Shown: positions 58,384-64,000 of the stretch, piece after piece
How positions within the stretch are numbered: position 1 is the first letter of the stretch
How the letters are laid out: each line of letters starts with the position of its first letter
Assembly (NCBI GenBank): GCA_964639695.1
Contig: CAZXEY010000001.1
Location: forward strand, 3,448 to 67,447
Origin: an uncultured Antarcticibacterium sp.
GTDB lineage: Bacteria; Bacteroidota; Bacteroidia; Flavobacteriales; Flavobacteriaceae
Direction: 5' to 3'
Length of the DNA stretch: 64,000 bases
Position numbers and translations under genes: made by a program
The notes under the pieces: model-generated
The model's input: only the letters and a program-made list of their open reading frames with translations
Told to the model about the DNA's origin: nothing
Database searches by the model: none

Positions 58384-58729
58384 TCAATGAATCTTTTGCT
58401 GCAGCTATTGTTTTCGAAGAATTACCAATAAAAATTTTATCATTGATAATGATCACCGGCCGTTTTAGGAAGGTATAATGCTCCAGGATAAGATTCTTAT
58501 ACTGGTTTTCATTAAGATCCTGATTCTTAAGATTGCGCTCATTGTATAATCGTGCACGTTTGCTAAACAAGGATTCATAATTGCCAGATAGTTCTCTCAT
58601 CTGGTCCAGTTGCTCCTCTGTTATAGCTTCTTTTTTAATGTCCTGAAGAATAAATGAAGAAGACGGGTTAAGTTCATCTATTACTTTTCTGCAGGTATCG
58701 CAGCTGGAAAGGTGGTATATTTTTTTCAC
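58376..58729 (-). CDS. ArsC/Spx/YffB family protein
   Basis: SCDTCRK, LKRPVI; GTG start overlapping the upstream TAG. Confidence 0.88.
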   Translation of the reverse strand: MKKIYHLSSCDTCRKVIDELNPSSSFILQDIKKEAITEEQLDQMRELSGNYESLFSKRARLYNERNLKNQDLNENQYKNLILEHYTFLKRPVIIINDKIFIGNSSKTIAAAKDSLNE

Positions 58730-59484
58730 TATTTTTTAAACTTTATATATTTCCCGGCTTCCTCTATGGGAACTTCAATTTTAATTCCCCCCTCGGCATA
58801 AGAAGCCACTTCATAAGCGTTGTATCTAAGAATGACTTTTCTTTTTGAAAACCCGATATTTTGAGGCAGCTGAAAAGTTTCATTATCAAAGAAAAATCCG
58901 GTGCTGTTAATAGATTCATCTTGTGGTATTTCGTATTTACTTCGGAAGAGTTTTTCGGCATAACTTTTAAAATCTTCCGTAAATAATTCTGAGTTGGAAT
59001 ATTGCTCTCCTGTTTTAGGGTTTATGTTGAGATAACTTGTGCTGGTATACCCATGCGCTCCTCCTGTAAACAGGTTCATTTGAAATTGTACAGTAATAAG
59101 ATCTTCAGATCTGTAAGGAATACTTCCGGTTACTGAAGCCTCCCAGGGAATGTTGTATTCCGGAAATTCTTCAGCGGTAGCCTCATACTGGTCGATAAAA
59201 GTTTGTGAAAGTGCTTCAAGACTTCCGAAGGTATTCTCATCCTCAAAATCAATAATTCTTATAACGTGCTGCTCAATAAGGTTATTAATCTTTTTGCCCC
59301 TTTTTTTCTGGCTTTCGGCCCAGGGAATATTAATGCTTATAAAGGCACAATTTTCTTCTTCAGGATTGCAATCTTTTTCAGAAACCTGTTCAATATTCAA
59401 TTCTTCAAATTCTATTTCCCCGGTGTCAGTTTCACAACTTGCGAGCAAAAAGATCATTATTATTGGCAAATACCGCTTCTTCAC
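58729..59484 (-). CDS. DUF3298/DUF4163 lipoprotein
   Basis: Lipobox LASC, TGGAHG, YNAYEVASYAEG; start moved to GTG 59484. Confidence 0.82.
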   Translation of the reverse strand: MKKRYLPIIMIFLLASCETDTGEIEFEELNIEQVSEKDCNPEEENCAFISINIPWAESQKKRGKKINNLIEQHVIRIIDFEDENTFGSLEALSQTFIDQYEATAEEFPEYNIPWEASVTGSIPYRSEDLITVQFQMNLFTGGAHGYTSTSYLNINPKTGEQYSNSELFTEDFKSYAEKLFRSKYEIPQDESINSTGFFFDNETFQLPQNIGFSKRKVILRYNAYEVASYAEGGIKIEVPIEEAGKYIKFKK

Positions 59485-59575
59485 TTCAACAGATGGTGTT
59501 AATTTCGGGATAAAGGTACATGCTATTTTGTCAATCCCCAATATGAGTAATATATTTACTGTTAAAGAAAAAGGA

Positions 59576-60718
59576 ATGAAATTCAATACCAAAACCATCC
59601 ATGGAGGACAACATAATATTGACCCGGCTTATGGTTCTGTAATGCCGCCAATTTATCAAACCACTACCTATTCTCAAACTACTCCGGGTGGTCATAAAGG
59701 TTTTGAATACTCCCGAAGCGGAAATCCTACCCGTGCCGCCTTGGAAAATTCCGTTGCAAGTATAGAAAATGGAAAATTTGGACTTGCCTTTGGATCTGGA
59801 CTTGCCGCTATAGATGCTGTTATGAAGCTTTTTAAACCGGGAGATGAAATTATTTCTACCAATGATCTATACGGAGGATCCTACCGGTTATTTACAAAGA
59901 TTTTTGAAGGACTGGGTCTTCGGTTTCATTTTATAAGTATGCAGGATGCGGGGAATATTGAGAATTACATTAATGAAAATACAAAGCTGCTTTGGATAGA
60001 AACGCCTACAAACCCTATGATGAACATCATAGATGTTGAGGCAACCTCAGCAATTGCAAAAAAGCACAACCTGTTACTTGCAGTAGATAATACTTTTGCC
60101 ACTCCTTATTTACAAAGACCTTTAGATCTTGGAGCTGATATTGTAATGCACAGCGCGACTAAATACCTTGGCGGCCACAGCGATGTAGTTTTGGGAGCAC
60201 TTGTTGTAAATGATGAGGCATTGGCCAAAAAGCTTTATTTCATTCAAAATGCCAGTGGCGCAATTTGTGGTCCTCAGGATAGTTTTTTGGTTTTAAGAGG
60301 GATAAAAACGCTTCACCTCAGGGTGCAGAGGCATTGTGAGAACGGCGAAAGAATAGCCCGGTTTTTAAAGGATCACCCTAAAGTAGGTAAGGTCTACTGG
60401 CCCGGTTTTAAAGATCATCCAAATCATGAAATTGCAAAGAAGCAAATGAGCGGCTTTGGGGGTATGATCTCTTTTACAACTCTGGAGGGAACTTTGGAAA
60501 GTGCAGTTAAGATGGTTGAAAAATTGAAGGTATTTACATTAGCAGAATCCCTTGGTGGAGTTGAGTCTTTGGCGGGTCATCCTGCAACAATGACCCATGC
60601 TTCTATTCCTGCAGAGGAACGGGCAAAAACAGGAGTTGTTGATTCTTTAATAAGGTTAAGTGTGGGCATTGAAGATGAAGAGGATCTTATAGAAGACCTA
60701 AAGCAAGCATTGGGATAA
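59576..60718 (+). CDS. Cystathionine gamma-synthase / gamma-lyase
   Basis: YSRSGNPTR, ETPTNP, DNTF, SATKYLGGHSD (PLP Lys), AESLGGVESL; start at ATG 59576. Confidence 0.93.
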   Translation: MKFNTKTIHGGQHNIDPAYGSVMPPIYQTTTYSQTTPGGHKGFEYSRSGNPTRAALENSVASIENGKFGLAFGSGLAAIDAVMKLFKPGDEIISTNDLYGGSYRLFTKIFEGLGLRFHFISMQDAGNIENYINENTKLLWIETPTNPMMNIIDVEATSAIAKKHNLLLAVDNTFATPYLQRPLDLGADIVMHSATKYLGGHSDVVLGALVVNDEALAKKLYFIQNASGAICGPQDSFLVLRGIKTLHLRVQRHCENGERIARFLKDHPKVGKVYWPGFKDHPNHEIAKKQMSGFGGMISFTTLEGTLESAVKMVEKLKVFTLAESLGGVESLAGHPATMTHASIPAEERAKTGVVDSLIRLSVGIEDEEDLIEDLKQALG

Positions 60719-60724
60719 AAAAGA

Positions 60725-61501
60725 TTAGAAGTTGATATAGTAAATATAACCTACGTTAACCCAGAAAACATAGTCATTAAACTTGTTTTGGGGAGCTTGA
60801 ATATTTAGTCCATCCAACCAGTCACTATCATAATAATGCCATCTTCCTTCAAAATGAAGATCGCTGGAAATTCCTAATCTAAACCTGGTTCCAATACTTC
60901 CGGCAATAACCCACGTTGTACCGCTTTCTAAATTGACCCCACCGTCCCTAAAGGTTGGGAAAAGATTTTTGGGGTTGTCAAGAGATCCAAAATCTGAATA
61001 AGCGTGAGGATTATAATAAGCGAAATGGGCACCAAGACTTATAAAGGGGGAGAATCGGTAAGCAAAGGAGGTGAAATCCTTAATACTTAAGGGATAATAT
61101 TCCAGAGCGGCCCCTATTTCGAGAAGCTGAGCCTCGCCGTGCATGGCTCGTAGTAATCTTCCCCCATCTGTGTTTTCTTTGGAAACGGGGCCCGAATGTT
61201 CCAGTCTGCTGTAGAAATAATCTATTTCTGTACGAATCTTAAAATGATCATTAAAAAAATTATCTCGGGCGTAGCAATTACATTCTGCCTTAAAAGCAAA
61301 ATTCATGTAATGTACCAGACCAATTCCAAATCCTGCATCGTTGAGGTTGTTCTGAATATCCCAGCGTTCCCCATAATCTGTGAAAAAGGAAGTTGGACCT
61401 ACTAAAATTCCTACTTCATGAGAAAGTCCCAGTTGCGCATAACTGCTCCCTCTACCAAGAAGAAGAAACAGAAATAAAAGGGCAATTCGGAATTTTATCA
61501 T
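60725..61501 (-). CDS. Outer-membrane beta-barrel protein (THC0290_0291-like)
   Basis: Signal peptide, SHEVG, DWLDGL, C-terminal YYINF. Confidence 0.7.
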   Translation of the reverse strand: MIKFRIALLFLFLLLGRGSSYAQLGLSHEVGILVGPTSFFTDYGERWDIQNNLNDAGFGIGLVHYMNFAFKAECNCYARDNFFNDHFKIRTEIDYFYSRLEHSGPVSKENTDGGRLLRAMHGEAQLLEIGAALEYYPLSIKDFTSFAYRFSPFISLGAHFAYYNPHAYSDFGSLDNPKNLFPTFRDGGVNLESGTTWVIAGSIGTRFRLGISSDLHFEGRWHYYDSDWLDGLNIQAPQNKFNDYVFWVNVGYIYYINF

Positions 61502-61688
61502 TTACAACTTCTTGAAGTCAACAAATATATAAAATAGAAGTTAACAAATTTATTAGGCTAAAACGCCTTATTTGAACTCAATACAATGAGTAGTTAATAT
61601 TATATCAAAATCTAAATTTTTAGGGTACTTCTTTACAGAACCTTTATATTTGCATACAAATACGAAAACGTTTTAACAATAATATTAG

Positions 61689-63041
<1,353 letters not shown>

Positions 63042-63062
63042 GATTTTACAGAATATACTTTG

Positions 63063-63091
63063 AAATGCCGCTCATGGAGCGGCATTTTTTT
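63063..63091 (+). terminator. Intrinsic terminator of gdhA
   Basis: AAATGCCGCTC-ATG-GAGCGGCATTTTTTT. Confidence 0.85.
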
Positions 63092-63116
63092 AGTTACCTT
63101 GATTCAAATTTGTTCC

Positions 63117-63836
63117 ATGCTAGTCAATACCAAAGCAATTGTTGTGAGCGCTCTTAAATATTCTGAAGCAGATCTTATTGTAAAGTGCTATACTTTATCA
63201 AGTGGGCTTAAAACCTATCTTCTACGAGGAATATTAAAATCAAAGAAGGGAAAATTTAAGACGTCTCAATTCCAGCCACTCACGCAGCTCGAGATCGTGG
63301 CAAAGCATAAAGACAAAGGCACGATGGAATACTTGCAGGAGGCAAAGATCAGGAAGCATTACAGAGATCTACATACAAATGTGATAAAAGGAGCTATGGT
63401 TCTTTTTATTTCTGAAATTTTGAAGAATACAATCCAGGAGGAGGAACAAAATGAACCCTTATATTATTTCCTGGAGGGAAGTATTGATTGGATGGACGAT
63501 GCTGATAATATTAGCAATTTTCATTTATTGTTTTTACTGAAGCTTTCCCGCTTTCTGGGTTTTTATCCTGATGATTCCAATCTCGAACCTTCATATTTTA
63601 ATATGCAGGAAGGTATTTTCCAGGAGCAGGAAACCGGAGGTTATTGTATTGAAGGAGCGAATTCATTGCTGCTAAAGCAGTTTCTCGGTATAAATTTTGA
63701 TGCTTCAGGAGAAATTAAAATGAGCAAAACCGAAAGGTCAAATTTCCTGTCTATGCTTCTGGTGTATTATTCCCTTCATATAGAGTCTTTTAAAAAACCT
63801 AAGTCCCTCAACGTTCTTAACGAAATTTTTCATTAA
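63117..63836 (+). CDS. recO: DNA repair protein RecO
   Basis: KYSEADLIV, FQPLTQL, LSRFLGFYP, KSLNVL; start at ATG 63117. Confidence 0.92.
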   Translation: MLVNTKAIVVSALKYSEADLIVKCYTLSSGLKTYLLRGILKSKKGKFKTSQFQPLTQLEIVAKHKDKGTMEYLQEAKIRKHYRDLHTNVIKGAMVLFISEILKNTIQEEEQNEPLYYFLEGSIDWMDDADNISNFHLLFLLKLSRFLGFYPDDSNLEPSYFNMQEGIFQEQETGGYCIEGANSLLLKQFLGINFDASGEIKMSKTERSNFLSMLLVYYSLHIESFKKPKSLNVLNEIFH

Positions 63837-64000
63837 TGCGTTACACCATCCTCCTTTTACTACTTTTTTCATTTTTAACTGTAAAAGGTCAGGAAGTACT
63901 CGTGTTTGAAAAAGGAACAAATATGCCGCTGCCTTATGTGGCTATTTACAATAAAAACAAATCGAAGAGTACGGTAACGGCGTGGGAAGGCAAAGCAGAT
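63836..64000 (+). CDS. Secreted protein, probably a TonB-dependent receptor N-terminus (3'-truncated)
   Basis: MRYTILLLLFSFLTVKGQEVLVFEKGTNMPLPYVAIYNKNKSKSTVTAWEGKAD, open to the window end. Confidence 0.6.
   Translation, partial: MRYTILLLLLFSFLTVKGQEVLVFEKGTNMPLPYVAIYNKNKSKSTVTAWEGKAD

Noticed and set aside
59150-59575. Long N-terminal extension of cystathionine gamma-synthase
   Set aside because: Antisense shadow of the DUF3298 gene; homology starts at MKFNTK (59576). Similar over-extended starts were corrected for the acyltransferase, gldH, SDR, moxR, SulP, CvpA and recO.

Overview
This is an AT-rich, gene-dense window from a Flavobacteriaceae (Bacteroidota) chromosome. The assignment rests on gldH, the moxR-batABCDE operon and TAnnTTTG-type promoters. 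Most genes are housekeeping: dut, dprA, trpS, recA, PBP1A, scoAB, xth, pheS, gpsA, nadD-gmk-yicC, a cystathionine gamma-synthase/lyase, gdhA and recO. An accessory stretch lies at about 21.2-30.4 kb. I saw no rRNA, tRNA, CRISPR array, transposase or prophage. The main observations are: (1) a four-helix-bundle (23S rRNA-IVP/Avd-like) gene between scoA and scoB, bracketed by 35-bp inverted arms made of 8-nt repeats that begin at the scoA stop codon, resembling an intervening sequence in an mRNA; (2) two identically spaced ECF-type promoter motifs, one before an ECF/dual-membrane anti-sigma operon and one before a short terminator-bounded unit between recA and trhO; (3) a PPP-ending small ORF upstream of SulP and carbonic anhydrase; (4) in-frame TAG codons in trhO and in an ABM-like gene absent from the ORF track; (5) several operator-like palindromes, an orphan terminator and a MITE-like element. 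All family calls come from motif recognition, not database searches.
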